DNA of 63,999 bases, the filler included, from Asterionella formosa (lineage: Eukaryota): NCBI GenBank assembly GCA_002256025.1. It is 10 parts of 10 records of this genome, joined end to end, with 100 filler letters (N's around TTAATTAATTAA, not from the genome) between each part and the next. Parts side by side here need not be neighbours in the genome. Positions count along the whole stretch, not along the records: positions 18,488 to 36,868 come from NKIB01004059.1; 9 more parts are not named here. One strand, given 5' to 3'. The notes under the pieces are model-generated. The model saw nothing but the letters and a program-made list of their open reading frames with translations, made no database searches and was not told the DNA's origin. How positions within the stretch are numbered: position 1 is the first letter of the stretch; each line of letters begins with the position of its first letter. A program made the translations under genes and the position numbers. This document shows, one piece after another, positions 24,514-36,150 of this stretch.

Positions 24514-26067
24514 TTAACTGCGATAATCCGCGTTGACGGAAATATACTCATTTGTCAAATCTGACCCCAAGACAGTTGCTCGTCCACTTCCGACAGTTCC
24601 AAAGTCAATACCAAGCTCCACAAACTTTTGGTGACGAGGAAATAACTCGTGTTCCCCATACTGTGCATCCTCCATGTGGTTGCTTAGAGCTTGTTCCACC
24701 TCGTTTCCTTCCAATATAAATTTGCCCTTGGAGAAAATAACACGGCCGCCAAGTGTCAAGCTCATTTCATCCACTTTCTCATCAGATTTAAATTTACCCA
24801 TGAAGGATCCAATGGCGGCTGCCAATCGTCCGGTATTGGGGTCATTTCCCGAAACAGCACATTTGAAGAGGGGTGAGTTGACGATATGACGGCCCAGTCG
24901 ACGGGCTTCATGATCAGTGCCGGGGAAGTTTTCGATTTGGACACGCATAACATGACCAGTTCCTTCTCCATTGCGGACAATGTCCGCGGCCAAACCCACG
25001 CAGACATCCTCAAGTGCTTCTTTAAACTCCTGCATATCCTCAAGTGGTACTTTATTGGACGAGATCAACACGAGCGTATCTGACGTTGATTCGTCTCCAT
25101 CCACGGACATGCTGTTGAACGAAATGTTCACCACCTCAGACAACATTTTCTGCAATGTTGCCTTGTCAACCATAGCATCCGTCATGATATATGACAACAT
25201 GGTGGCCATGTTGGGCTCAATCATGCCAGCTCCCTTGGCGATTCCAACTACACGCGCTCCACTTTTGAGTTGAAAGGACCGGAGCTTTGGGAATCTGTCA
25301 GTCGTCATGATTGCTTTGGCAGCGTTCATTGCAGATCCTCCTTGTAAATTGGCCACTGCTACGGGCACAACATCCTCTGCGAGTTCTTTGGCAGGCAAAC
25401 GCCATCCAATTACACCAGTTGAAGAGGGCAAGACAGTCTTGGCCCCGCCAGGAAGGTTAAGGGCCTTAGCGACGGCTTCGCAGACGAGCTCTGAATCGGC
25501 AACTCCGTCGCCTCCAGAACATACATTTGAGACCTTGTTGTTAATAACGAGAGCATGTAGGGGTCCGCCTGCCGCCAGTCGCGATCTGCCAACAATAATG
25601 GGGGCTCCGGGAAACTGGATGAAAGCAGATAATTATGATGCGGTGAGTTGACTTTTAACTGAGCAACACACCGGCGAGCAGACGTCGCTAAGTATTAGCA
25701 CAATAATGGCGTCCGACAAAAGCGCCATCGCACTCACCCTGTTTTGAGTGAACACTGCAGCCCAACTATCAGTTGGGCCATCCGTCAAATGAATGACAGT
25801 GCCTCGAATTGGCAAGTCTCCCAGCATCGGTGCTTCCTGAGAAACAAATTTACCAACGGCAGTTCCAGTCGCAAAGCCTTGCGGTAAAGCCGCAATAGAA
25901 GAAATGTACTCTATGTATGCTTCTTCCGACTCGAAGTCGGGCAACTGAGTCGCCATCCAGCGCGTCGGAGTAGTTCTAGTGAACGAAGGGGCGGCAAAAG
26001 CAGAAACCGAGCAAGCCGTCATAGACAAGGTAAAAAGTAGCGCTCTCATGCAGGTAGACATCATCAT
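24514..26067 (-). CDS. argJ: Ornithine acetyltransferase / N-acetylglutamate synthase ArgJ, predicted plastid-targeted (exons 26067-25738, 25614-24514)
   Basis: AAVFTQNR|FPGAP across a GT-AG intron; STGVIG, IMTTD, KGAGMIEPNMATML autoproteolysis motif, DGDESTSDT, C-terminal NADYRS; signal peptide + VSA-FAAP motif. Confidence 0.95.
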
Positions 26068-26349
26068 CTTTTGCTATTGTTATTGCTGTTGCAGGTGTTA
26101 CAGTTGCTGTTTTGTGCAGCTTATGCAGCCCAACAGAGGATCACTACACTAAACCGACAGTGTGATACAGGAACAAGCTAGAGTCGAAAGGCTTACTGGG
26201 ATGCAATTTCACAATGCATATGCAAACTCCGCAGGCCGCAGCATTAAAATCGGCGGAGGATTCTCAGATCACATAAATCAGGACGCAAAGAACCGCTAAA
26301 TTATCGCGCAAACACGCACACAGTACGGAGTACATGGTTAAATACAAGT

Positions 26350-26835
26350 ACTCCCAGGTACCTGGTACCAGGGTCGTCTACCTGGTGCCTGATACATTGC
26401 AAATAAAGGGGCCCCAATGATGGGGATCGCAAATCTTATGTACCAGTACTCCAGACTCCGGATGTGAAAATGTATGACAACCTGGTACCAGGTACCAGGT
26501 ACTGTACAACCAGATCAGCAACTTGGAAGGACTACCTAAAAAAGGACGTTTTGCCTATCGCTCAGAAAGCAAATGTCAGTATGTACCGGTCGTAGGAAGA
26601 ATTTCAATTTTCCTCAAATGGTACCAGGTACAGCCATACCAGGCCACCTGGTACCTGGTACCAGCACCATTATTTCATGACATGATCTCTTGTCCCTATC
26701 ACCAGCATACCAGGTTCCTGGTACCTGCAACTTGCGGTCATCGTCCTTAAATAAACAATTTAATATGGAATAAAGATAGCTAAAGTTTTCATTTCAGCAC
26801 AATTACAGCAACTTGCTGGAGTACCTTGTACCAGT
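26350..26835. repeat. TA-CCWGG array plus MITE copy (26724-26819) in the argJ/trxF divergent intergenic region
   Basis: CCAGGTACCTGGTACCAGG, CCTGGTACCAGGTACCAGGTAC, CCTGGTACCTGGTACC; MITE begins TA|CCTGCAACTTGCGGTCA and ends CAGCAACTTGCTGG. Confidence 0.8.
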
Positions 26836-27324
26836 TAATAGCAAATATATGTACCGGTGGGCGCTAGGATAGTAAACATGTAGCTCTACAACCAGAGGAT
26901 CATGGATTTTCGACGTCACGAACGGCCGGAGGATGTGTGATTTGTTTGTCTGGTGCGTTGCTTCTACCTTTCCTTGAACCCTTTCTCTACTGCGATCTTT
27001 CGACTTATTCGACTCTTTTCCAAAAGCAAGGCCGCGGCAAAATAAGAACACTGATGCTGTGGCAGAGATACATACGTCCTAGACCGCTGACGTCCGATGT
27101 CAACAACAGCCGCTGTCAAATATTGCGGTATCTGGATACCGGAAGTATTGATTGATGGATGTTCTTAGCGTTGCTTATCCTACATACGGTCGTAGTCTAT
27201 TCTGTTATTTCGCTATGCTGTACTGTGCATGCCAATTTTTATTTACAGTCGAGCATCACATTGATATCCAAACCAATTCCCTCCAGTTACGGTTATTAGA
27301 AGAGCAAACATCCACCTGTCCACC

Positions 27325-28082
27325 ATGAACCGTCTAATCACTCTCCTCCTAGCTGTCATCTCAGCGGCTTCCGCCTTTTCGCCCGCTTTTACACGCATCT
27401 CGTCTCCTCGATCACGCAGTACGATGATGATGCGCGTTGTGGATATTGATTCCGAATCTGCGTTTGACAAAACCGTCAAGTCGGCAGGAGATGCACTCGT
27501 GGTGGTGGACTACTCGACAACTTGGTGCGGACCTTGCAAAGTTATTGCTCCCAAATTTGATGAGTTTAGTGACAAGTATCCTAGTGCTGTTTTCCTCAAG
27601 GTAAGGATGAGGAAATGAATTGGCACGCACATGCATTCATGCATGATTGAATAGAAATGACTTGATCCATTTTAATTGCGATGGGACAAGAGAACTGAAA
27701 GCGAGAGCATAATAAAAAGGATGTAGACGCGTTGATGTGAATGCATTCTACACTATATTATCATTCGAGCAAGTTGCGTTTTTGTGTAAGATCGTCATGC
27801 TTCTGTTGTTCACAGCTCGTCGGTGCCTTGTTCAGTGGCAAGCAATGTTGGCATAAGTATCATGTGGCTGGTAGAAGGAAATACTTTCGTTCACTGACAC
27901 TATTCTATTTCCATCTGCAGGTGATTGGAGACGCTTCTCCGGACGCTTCCAAGTTAATGAAGAGAGAAGGTGTCAGATCGGTTCCTTCTTTTCACTATTT
28001 TAAGAATGGAGAAAAGGTGGACGTTGTTAATGGTGCTAATGCGGAAGCAATCGAAGCTGCCATTACCAAGAACCTGGCTTAA
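27325..28082 (+). CDS. trxF: Plastid thioredoxin (f-type), 145 aa (exons 27325-27600, 27921-28082)
   Basis: WCGPC active site; signal peptide + ASA-FSP motif; 320-bp phase-0 intron GTAAGG...TGCAG joins AVFLK|VIGDASPDASKLMKREGVRSVPSF. Thioredoxin call is firm, f subtype is by recollection of diatom homologs. Confidence 0.9.
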
Positions 28083-28596
28083 CTATTCATTTTGCAGAGA
28101 ATGTCAATAATTTGTATCGTCGATTGAGCCGAGCTTGGCTTGTCTCGTTTGTTCCAACGATTGGGTGAAGTGGTTTGAAATTTAATAGCGTAACATAGAG
28201 AGAGAATGGGAAACGCTACAACCCCAAACTATTTTCGTTCCTGCTGTCAACCAACAAATTATTTTAAGACCTGCTTGCTGCGTGATAATTGCAACTTTAC
28301 ATGTAGGCTGTGATTATTTTCATGTTTCTACACACAAGGAATTCACACGCATATGATGTAGTACATGGCCAATTCGAAATGTCGGGTCGGTGGCCACCCG
28401 GCAAATGCTATCTAACGTGGAATACTCTGACAATTTCTCTTGGACCGAACTTGACTGGTTTTGGCTGGAAAATTTCTAAGCACCGTTAGTATCAGCTAGT
28501 CTTGGAACAAAAGCAACGAAAAGCTAGGTAGCATACCATGAACTATAATTTGGTTCAACGTTGCTACTTTAATGCATCAATACAGGATTATGATAT

Positions 28597-29544
28597 TTAC
28601 TTCGCGCACGGCGAATAATACACCGTGGTGACAAATTTGGTTTTGTAACGCTGTGTAATCCCCAGAACCATCATGTTATCTCGAATCGCTGTACAATACA
28701 AGTGATTAAGAGCCACGTGCTGCGGTACCGGTAGGGCTGCAGTATCTTGCAACTGCGGCGGTTTGTTCAGAATGATATGCCGCAGATGAGGAGGAAGAGG
28801 CGGTGGTTCCTTTGTGTATTCGTCCAAGTCGGGCATGGTTTGTGAAAAGGTCTCCCCATCTCGGTCTGGTTTGTTGGCCAACTCTTTTTTATCGATTGGG
28901 TCGTTCTCTTCTTGTGGAACTTCACTGCTATCGGGCAGTGCATAGGTGCCATATTCAGCAGCAGCCTTTTCCTTCTCGAATTCTCGATCGCCAGTATACG
29001 CTTTGAAGTCAGTTACATCGATAAAGTTATTGATTCTCCCTTCAATGTCGGCAACAGTCGGTTGATCAGGAGCGAACCGCCACTCGTCGTCTACGATGAA
29101 TTTGAAAGCGTGCTTTCCTCGTTTCAAGTTGTGAATGTACGTAAAGTCGTTTCCTGACCGATGCATCGGAATCTGCCGACTCCAGCCATTGAATGTCCCA
29201 GTGATGTAGACCTGTCGCCCCCCATGTTCCCACCGGAAGACTGTTGGCACAGTGTCATCGTCTAACCATGTTCCTTCCAGTTTCGACGGGTCCACATCTG
29301 CAGCAGACATGGCAGTATCTCCACTGGCTTGCTGCTGCGGCGACTTGCGTAGTTGCTGTGCTTCATGGGCAGGCGAATCGTGGTATCCGAATGATCCATA
29401 CGCACCAGGTTGATTTGACTTGGGAGCAAATCCTTGGGGAGTGAAACCTGATTGAGGAGCACCTCGACCCTGCACTTGAGCCATACGAGGGTCCTCAGCT
29501 CCTATGCCGGCACTGCCGCCGTTGATTGGCTGCTGATTGCCCAT
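28597..29544 (-). CDS. SNF1/AMPK protein kinase beta subunit
   Basis: N-terminal MGN (myristoylation-type); CBM48 domain PTVFRWEHGG...FKFIVDDEW; ASC domain PPPLPPHL...HVALNHLY...RYKTKFVTTVYY. Confidence 0.95.
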   Translation of the reverse strand: MGNQQPINGGSAGIGAEDPRMAQVQGRGAPQSGFTPQGFAPKSNQPGAYGSFGYHDSPAHEAQQLRKSPQQQASGDTAMSAADVDPSKLEGTWLDDDTVPTVFRWEHGGRQVYITGTFNGWSRQIPMHRSGNDFTYIHNLKRGKHAFKFIVDDEWRFAPDQPTVADIEGRINNFIDVTDFKAYTGDREFEKEKAAAEYGTYALPDSSEVPQEENDPIDKKELANKPDRDGETFSQTMPDLDEYTKEPPPLPPHLRHIILNKPPQLQDTAALPVPQHVALNHLYCTAIRDNMMVLGITQRYKTKFVTTVYYSPCAK

Positions 29545-29954
29545 GTTGACTCAATGACCTGCTGTAGGAATTCTTTTGATAAGTGTGTCTTTTCGACGGT
29601 GTGTGGTACTGAGCCCACTTGTGTCAAGTCGGATACAATGCCGTTGTTCTTCTGAATCGTCGGGTGTTGGTCGGCTTTTTTGCTCGTTCAGTTGCAAGAT
29701 GTGCGAGTCCTATCAACGCTTCGTATAAGTCTCCTGAATTGAAGCCTTCCTAGCAACGTGGCGATGGGCTCTTGAGGGGCAGAACAATGGATCCTGTAAG
29801 CTTGCTATATGGATGATGGGGCGACTCGCCTCGTCGTTCTAAGCTACCAGTAGCGCGTTTTTCATTTTTTCGTTGACACCTGCTGCTACCAGCATGAACT
29901 GGTATCACACCTACATACGCTACATTCTACAGTGTATGTATGCCTACCATCAGG

Positions 29955-30340
29955 GGGTATACCGGCACCAGGTACGGGAGGTACCAGGTACCATGTACCT
30001 GGTAACTGGTACATACATACATTGTGCGACCAGGGACCAATATTGATTATGATACAGAAGATGTACCGGTAAATGGTCTATGTTGGGTACCCTGGTACCT
30101 GGTACCAGGTACCAGATATACCACACAAGGAATCATAGGTACAAGTAGCAGCTGTATACATATACGGTATGTCAAATATATGTGCTGAATTATGATATAA
30201 AAAATGCATTTCCTGTGAAGCAGCATACCGTACTTTTTAAGTGCGGGTACCCGGTACCTTAGCCGCCCACCTTTTTTACCTACCTCTACTACCGGTAGTG
30301 TAAACCGGGAGAGCACCCATTCATCATACACACCGGTATA
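29955..30340. repeat. TA-CCWGG / TA-CCGG array in the AMPK-beta / LRR divergent intergenic region
   Basis: GGTACCAGGTACCATGTACCTGGTAACTGGTAC (29980-30012); GGTACCCTGGTACCTGGTACCAGGTACCAG (~30086-30115). Confidence 0.85.
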
Positions 30341-30610
30341 TTTATCTTTGTAAATACCCATTTCAGTCCCAGTACATGTGTATGTATTTGTTCTGCAGAA
30401 AACGTGCGTCATGTGTCTATACGGACTACCACGTACCAAGAACATTCGTACAGAACAATAATAAGTGAATCTTATACCTACCGGTATATAATATGAAGCA
30501 CAAGAAAACAGCAATGAATTCATCGTTTTCGCCACTGAAAGCCAAAACAAGATCGAGTTCCTGCCGCACAGCTCGAAAATTTCCTCCCTCCTGGATTCTT
30601 CATTTACTAA

Positions 30611-32047
30611 ATGAATGTAAGTTGTTGAGGGATGACAAGCGAGAGAAATATAATCTACAAGGTTCGACTCGAAAGAAACTAACTCGCTCTCGATTCCAAG
30701 ACGGATGACCGTCTCCCATCGAATGTCTATAAGCTTTTCCAGCAGCTCAAAGACCCTTCCAAGCAGACTAAGGCTGAGAAGAAGATAATCATGCTGGTCC
30801 TTGCTTACCCCCAAGTAGCGCAGTTTGGGATTGGGTCGACGACCATGCTTCATTTCCTCTGTGCGTCGCAAGCGACGTTCTTGACTGTCAAGACTGTATA
30901 CGACGCCTACCCCAACGCGATCATGGCCGACTGTGGTGACGGTCTGCCCCTACATGTTGCATGTCGAAAAGCATCGCCCGTTGATGTCATTGCATTTCTA
31001 GTTAATGCGTATCCATCGGGCATTTCACAGTTGGGAGACGGACGCAGTCCACTCTCCCTGGCGATTCAAAATCATCCGTTACGGAGGCACCTACTGTCTA
31101 TCTTATCTTGTCCAAAAACGATATCTTCCCTTGGTCCCATAAGGATGGAGTGGAATGTTGATACTGAATTCCTCCTTGACGGATTTCGAGCTTTTACGGA
31201 GCTAGTCAAACCTACTAGACTCAACGTTCGAATCTGTCGTGGCATGACGGCATCCTCGTTGTCGTTAGAGAACAGACATGCAGGAACTCTCTCTGTTCAT
31301 GCATGGTTTCTTCCTCATTTAATTGAATCAGTTCTGTTGGAGATTGGCAAAATTTGTGGGGCATCCACCAACCTGTTTATTGATTATTTTGAAGGCCTCG
31401 ATGAAGGGTTGGTGCGAGGAATCGCAGGTGTACCATCTCTTGAACGTCTTTCAATGTGCCGATGCAGTACAGATGAACAGACTGTGCGATCTCTCTTGCA
31501 AGAGCTATCAAAAAAGCCTAACTTTATCCATCTCCAAATGACCAGGATGGATGCCATTCCTGGTAGATCGTTTGAACATTTGCCGTGCTTACGTTCTCTT
31601 GAATACTTGTCCGTTTCGGGCACACCTGTCGATTCGGACATTGCAGTGCCCATCAGCCAGCTGTTGCGGACAACACAGTCCTTGAAAGAACTAAATATTG
31701 GTCAAACTCGGATTGATCGAGATGGAGTAGGCACTTTGATTGCTGCCATTCGGCAAAATGATACCTTGACAAGACTTGAATTGACTGGATTACTTGGAGC
31801 ATCAGAAAAGGTGCGTGTACTTCTTGAAAGTATCAACTGCAAGCTTGAACATGTGATTGTTGGCATGACAGATGTGAACAGGGAAGCCATTGACTATTAC
31901 TGTGCACTGAACAAGTCTGGTCGTTCTGTGACACGGGAGATTGAAACCACAAAAAGTCAGTACATAACTATTTTATCCAATGTGAATGCAGATATTGGGT
32001 TGCTCTTTGGTCTCCTTCGAGAAAATCCTGCCAAATGGGTCTTATAG
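30611..32047 (+). CDS. Ankyrin-like + RNI-type leucine-rich repeat protein (proposed exons 30611-30616, 30701-32047)
   Basis: LPLHVAC and SPLSLAI ankyrin-like motifs; LRRs (SLKELNIGQTRI, NDTLTRLEL); C-terminal YYCALNKSGR...LLFGLLRENP typical of diatom LRR proteins. Main ORF 30791-32047 is firm; the 5' micro-exon is inferred. Confidence 0.8.
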
Positions 32048-32344
32048 CACTAAAAACATTTAGTTGTATGTACACTCTTGTATATTGGCATTTTTGAGAA
32101 TTCCTTTTGCTGTCAGGTTAGACAGCACACCTGTGTAGGAGCAATATTGAGTTTGAGGCATTCAAAATGTTACTGTAGTCTAGTACTCCCCTTGATAAAC
32201 TATAGTTGATCACTCTCTCAGCGCATACGTTTCTTCTCCAGCAGTACTTTTTGCTGCTCATCATCGCTCCAGTTTGTGTAGCAAATATAAATGGACTCAT
32301 AATGGTAGCCGCCTAATAGTGAGCTTACTTGGTAAAACTGATTA

Positions 32345-32720
32345 GAGAACCAGGTAACTATGAAATCCGGAGTACGCTACCGGTATGATACATATTCACA
32401 GCAGTGGTGCGTATCATGGGTAAAGTCGAACATGAGGACGGTTGAAGTCAGGACGACACGATGCTACGAGACGATGAGCATACCGGTAGTAAGTAACGGT
32501 ACCAGGTACCAGGTACCCGTAACAGGTACCTGGTACCTGGTAGATACCTGCTGGTACATGGTACCAGGTTGTGACTACAGTATACACATAAAATGTACAG
32601 TTCTCCGGTGTTACGTGATAGATATGGGTGGCTGGGCTGCACCACCAAGACAAAATATATCTCAAAACACTCCTACCACTATTAATATGTACCGGGTATA
32701 TACCGGTATCATACCGTGCA
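32345..32720. repeat. TA-CCWGG / TA-CCGG array upstream of FAD synthetase
   Basis: GGTACCAGGTACCAGGTACCCGTAACAGGTACCTGGTACCTGGTAG (~32498-32543); TACCGGGTATATACCGGTA (~32690). Confidence 0.85.
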
Positions 32721-33078
32721 CTGTGCACTGTATATGCCATTCTGTACGTGCCTGCAATTGTCTCTATATGGGTGCGTTTCCCATTATACGTCATGCATGA
32801 TCCATATCATCACATCGTAGCTTCTGCCTTGCTTTTAGTCTTATCATGTATATATTCATACCGGAATATGTTATCCTCGCAATCGCTCCATGGTGATTGT
32901 CAATCTACCGGAAGTACCGGTAAATCAATTGCTTGAGTTTCCCTTAATCCTCTAATACCACCAGTACATACCAGTAGTCTACATAATGCATACCGCATTT
33001 ACATTTACAATTACAAGAACCATCGCTCAGCCAAGGCCAAGGCTGTGATGTTGCTTTCCATTCGCTAGCAGCTTCGCA

Positions 33079-35250
33079 ATGATCAGTGCTCTTTCCAAAA
33101 TTTCTGGCTTCTTATTTCTCTTCGCGTGTGATGCCTTTTCAAGTTCACCAGCGCCAAAAATATTCGTTTCTACCGTTTCAAATTCTCGTTCTATGAGCAC
33201 GTCGACTCAACATGCCTCAGCGGTCTCGAACTGGCGCGTCCTTCATAAAACAGCAACAGTGGATGAGATCAGTGGCATACTGTCACTCCATCCAGACTGG
33301 GCGAGAGATCAGTACAATGCGGCCTTGGAGCTGTATGACAAATTGATGGACTGCGACGATGCCTATGTAGCGCCCTTGATAAAGGAAGCCCTGAATGTCC
33401 TTGACCACGCCTATCGGCTCTATGGACCCGAATCTGTTATTTGTAGCTATAACGGGGGCAAGGACGCCGTTGTTATCTTGCATCTCGTCAGAGCAGCTCA
33501 TGCCCATCATTATAGACACAAGAACGACGACCAGGTGATTCCGATTCGTCCGCGGGCCGTCTACTTTGATCATCCGGACGAATTTACAGAAATCCTAGCC
33601 CTTCTAGATGAAAATTCCAGAGAATATGACCTCGATATGTTGGCATTTGAGAAGGGGATCAAGTTCGGAGAGGGACTACAAACGCTAGTGAATCATAACA
33701 TTCCGTCCGGTGGAAGTAATGTCGCCTTCCCACTAGCGTTTGTGCTTGGTACTCGGTCAACAGACCCAAATGCAGGTGCTCAGGGACAGTTCGCTCCGTC
33801 ATCACATTATATGCCACCTTTCATGAGAGTGAATCCTGTCTTGAGCTGGACGTATGGTCATGTGTGGCATTTTTTGCGTCTCTATCATCTCCCCTGTACG
33901 TTCCTTTTGTTGACATCGTTCCTTGCCAAATCATGCGTTGCGCTTCGGATTTCACCCATTCACTTACACTCGCCTTCAAATATAGACTGCACCCTTTATG
34001 ATCAGGGATATACATCACTTGGAACTACCAAAGACACCTTTCCTTGTCCCGCTTTAGCAGTGGCAGGAGTCACGATAAATCGAAGCAACAATGTTCCCAA
34101 ATATTGGCCCGCATACATGCTTCGCGACTGGGACCAAGAACGCGCTGGCCGAGCTAGCAAAGACAAGATAAATACAGGACAGAGCACTCCTACTCAAAAA
34201 GCTCCTCCTCTCAATGTTCTTATCAAAAGCCCGTCGCAAAAGTCCCTTCTCTCTACATTTACCGATTTGGGGGCAGCGTCGGAATCTGACATGCCGCGTA
34301 ATGATCCAGTAGCGAAAATGAAACAAAATACAGCGAGTGACGACGACAACGGGTATGAATCAGTAGTATCCTTTGAATCCGATGGTGACATTCAACGAAC
34401 AGTTGGTTTATTAATTATCGGTGATGAAATCCTGAAAGGAATTATTTCGGATACTAACACACAAACTGCGGCTAGGGCTCTATACGAACAAAATGTCATA
34501 CTTTCAAAAGTTGTGGTTTGCTCAGACGACCAAGAAGAAATCGTGGCGGAAATCAAGAGGCTACAAAGGGATGTTGATGTGATTATCACTTCTGGTGGCG
34601 TTGGTCCTACACATGACGATGTGACCATCAAAAGTGTCGCCGCTGCTCTCGACAAGGAATTAGGTTTACATGAAGAAATGGCACAATTGCTGAAAGACAA
34701 AATGAACAAAATTGGCTCAGACGAGCTTACCGAAGCGCAAGTTAAGATGGCGACATTACCTTCGAACTCAAAACTCCGATATTTGTCTGACAACAAACTC
34801 GACTGGCCAATCTTGCAGTGCCGGAACATTTTTATCCTTCCTGGCGTTCCTCAGTTTTTCGAAACTAAAATCACCAGCTTGGCTGTCTACCTATCCTCAC
34901 AACTAGAAAGAAGTATCACCTACAAGGTAGTTCTCTCTGTTGACGAAGCGAGTATTGTCGAAGCATTGAATCAGGTCGTCTCACGCCACCCAATGGTCAG
35001 CTTTGGCAGCTACCCTTTCATGGACCATCCTGCTGTGAAAACAGTGGTGACTTTGGAGGGGATTATGATAAAAGGTGGGTTGACACGGAATAGTGTTGTA
35101 TATTTGGAGCGGCAATCTTTAATGAAAGGAATACATTCGAAAGAGCAAATGGATTACAATGTTCAGGTGGCACTTGACGATCTGATCAATGCATTGCCAA
35201 AAGATAGTATCCTTCGAGTGGACAACAATGATGGTCTCCTTTTCTTTTGA
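33079..35250 (+). CDS. FAD synthetase (PAPS-reductase domain + C-terminal molybdopterin-binding/CinA-like domain); intron 33896-33985
   Basis: SYNGGKDA, LGTRSTDP, MRVNPVLSWTYGHVWHFL, LP(Y)CTLYDQGYTSLG; IIGDEILKG, TSGGVGPTHDDVT, LPGVP; N-terminal signal peptide + CDA-F motif. Confidence 0.93.
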   Translation: MISALSKISGFLFLFACDAFSSSPAPKIFVSTVSNSRSMSTSTQHASAVSNWRVLHKTATVDEISGILSLHPDWARDQYNAALELYDKLMDCDDAYVAPLIKEALNVLDHAYRLYGPESVICSYNGGKDAVVILHLVRAAHAHHYRHKNDDQVIPIRPRAVYFDHPDEFTEILALLDENSREYDLDMLAFEKGIKFGEGLQTLVNHNIPSGGSNVAFPLAFVLGTRSTDPNAGAQGQFAPSSHYMPPFMRVNPVLSWTYGHVWHFLRLYHLPCTFLLLTSFLAKSCVALRISPIHLHSPSNIDCTLYDQGYTSLGTTKDTFPCPALAVAGVTINRSNNVPKYWPAYMLRDWDQERAGRASKDKINTGQSTPTQKAPPLNVLIKSPSQKSLLSTFTDLGAASESDMPRNDPVAKMKQNTASDDDNGYESVVSFESDGDIQRTVGLLIIGDEILKGIISDTNTQTAARALYEQNVILSKVVVCSDDQEEIVAEIKRLQRDVDVIITSGGVGPTHDDVTIKSVAAALDKELGLHEEMAQLLKDKMNKIGSDELTEAQVKMATLPSNSKLRYLSDNKLDWPILQCRNIFILPGVPQFFETKITSLAVYLSSQLERSITYKVVLSVDEASIVEALNQVVSRHPMVSFGSYPFMDHPAVKTVVTLEGIMIKGGLTRNSVVYLERQSLMKGIHSKEQMDYNVQVALDDLINALPKDSILRVDNNDGLLFF

Positions 35251-35699
35251 GTATTCTAATATATTATAGAGTGCAGGCAGTCAACAGGTTCTCTCAGCCT
35301 CTATAAGCTAGTCTATTAAAAGTGTTATGATCATCCTCACTTTGGTTTGTTCATAGAGTTTTAATGTCTCTGATGTATGCAATGTGGCAATTTTATGGTC
35401 AAGCTGCCTGCGGCTCAATTACAGGTACATGGCAGACTTGGTAGAAAAGTGGGATCATAGCTGCCTGTACTGAAAAGGGCATCAGGTAGAGTACCTCTAC
35501 ATACTGTAACCCTCTGTCTCAAAGGCTATAACTTATCGTTGACACAAATATACAGCTTTTGGGTGATGGGTTGTGCCATCTTGAGCGTCTTGCCATGCAA
35601 TCTTGTGGCCGTCTCACCACCAAATAATGCTATTGTATAACAACTACAAATACATATCACTAGAATGGAAACCAAAAAATAGTTCCCCCCTTGTTGTCG

Positions 35700-36150
35700 A
35701 AGACAAATGTACATCATTTATAGAAATGCTTTGTTACACCAGCAGTCCCCTTGTCAATGAATACTCCTCATCTTCATTGACAAGAATGCTCGCATGTTCA
35801 AATCTCGCTGTCTCGTCTCTTGTAAGAGTCGCATCTTTTGTGAATGCTGTGAGTTTAGTTGCCCTGAATGTAAGTGCCAATAGGATGAAGTCAAAGCGTT
35901 GGTGGAAATTTTCTTGGAAGGTGAATCCATTCTCAGCAGATTGAAGGATGAAGACATTAAGGCATCAAGAGGGAGCCCGCAATCTTCTGTACAGGTTTTT
36001 GATCAGAGCATTCTGTGGACCATTGGGAAAAGGCGTTTGGATGGAATTTCCTGACTGTTGTTTGAAGGGGGTTAAATCCCTATTGAAAAACAAGGACCCA
36101 AACGAAGTGTGCACTGGCTTCAGACATGTTTCTAAATGCTCTCAATCTAA
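35700..36150 (+). pseudogene. KolX-like (P2X7 ballast-like) ORF relic of a Kolobok-like element
   Basis: RNLLYRFLIRAFCGPLGKGVWMEFPDCCLKGVKSLL...EVCTGF; nucleotide-similar to 58300-58620. Confidence 0.55.

Noticed and set aside
24514..35250. Functional gene cluster of plastid proteins (argJ, trxF, FAD synthetase)
   Set aside because: Unrelated pathways, mixed orientation, interspersed with non-plastid genes; ordinary gene-dense region.
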